A stretch of 63,700 bases of DNA, filler included, from Choristocarpus tenellus KU-1152 (lineage: Eukaryota; Protista; Phaeophyceae): NCBI GenBank assembly GCA_964200185.2. It is 10 parts of 10 records of this genome, joined end to end, with 100 filler letters (N's around TTAATTAATTAA, not from the genome) between each part and the next. Parts side by side here need not be neighbours in the genome. Positions count along the whole stretch, not along the records: positions 59,477 to 63,700 come from CAXNAD020015603.1; 9 more parts are not named here. One strand, given 5' to 3'. The position numbers and the translations under genes are program-made. Numbering within the stretch: position 1 is the stretch's first letter; every line of letters starts with the position of its first letter. Below are positions 63,458 through 63,700 of this stretch, one piece after another. The notes under the pieces are model-generated. The model was given only the letters and a program-made list of their open reading frames with translations, was not told the DNA's origin and made no database searches.

Positions 63458-63700
63458 TAAACCCCAACCTCAACTTCTGATATCCCTTTACCACCCTCCC
63501 ACCCTCACTCCCTACCCCCACATCTATACACGTAGCCGATTTCATGCATTGCAATCCATCTTTTTTTATTTATATCATTTCCAGGAAGCTTTTTCTTGTC
63601 TACATTTGCACCCACCTAAACACGTGCACATACTTACATATGCATGTGTGACCATAGACAACTCTGACCCTTCAACTTCAACGTCCACCTCTCCCCCTCC

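Overview
This is eukaryotic, intron-rich genomic DNA. GT-AG introns, TTAGGG-type repeats and the gene content suggest a stramenopile, possibly a brown alga or relative (inference only). The window is not one locus. It is 10 contigs joined by nine artificial 100-nt linkers (44 N + TTAATTAATTAA + 44 N), so adjacency across linkers has no biological meaning. Spliced genes reconstructed by hand are a MAK/ICK-family kinase (3' part), an Obg/MTG2-type GTPase (5' part) head-to-head with a Zip3/RNF212-like RING-coiled-coil gene, an OSCA/TMEM63 channel (3' part), atlastin (middle exons), FANCE (3' part), an apparently complete dual-specificity phosphatase, a VPS4/katanin-type AAA ATPase (5' part) and two unidentified low-complexity genes. 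The rest is transposon debris (Ty1/Copia, a chromodomain-bearing Ty3/Gypsy, CRE-like LINE, possible hAT) and minisatellites. No CRISPR array, rRNA or tRNA was seen, and I found no clearly new biological system. The best leads are (1) two related, unclassified MITE families with mostly 4-bp TSDs and a shared AAAGTATCT...GTCCATTT end architecture, including a triple stack of ends that looks like self-nesting, (2) a minisatellite made of tandem copies of an atlastin splice-donor junction, (3) a retroposon-like element whose tail has expanded into a 22-bp array, and (4) an interrupted Tudor-like ORF. All identifications come from motif recognition by eye; no database search was run.
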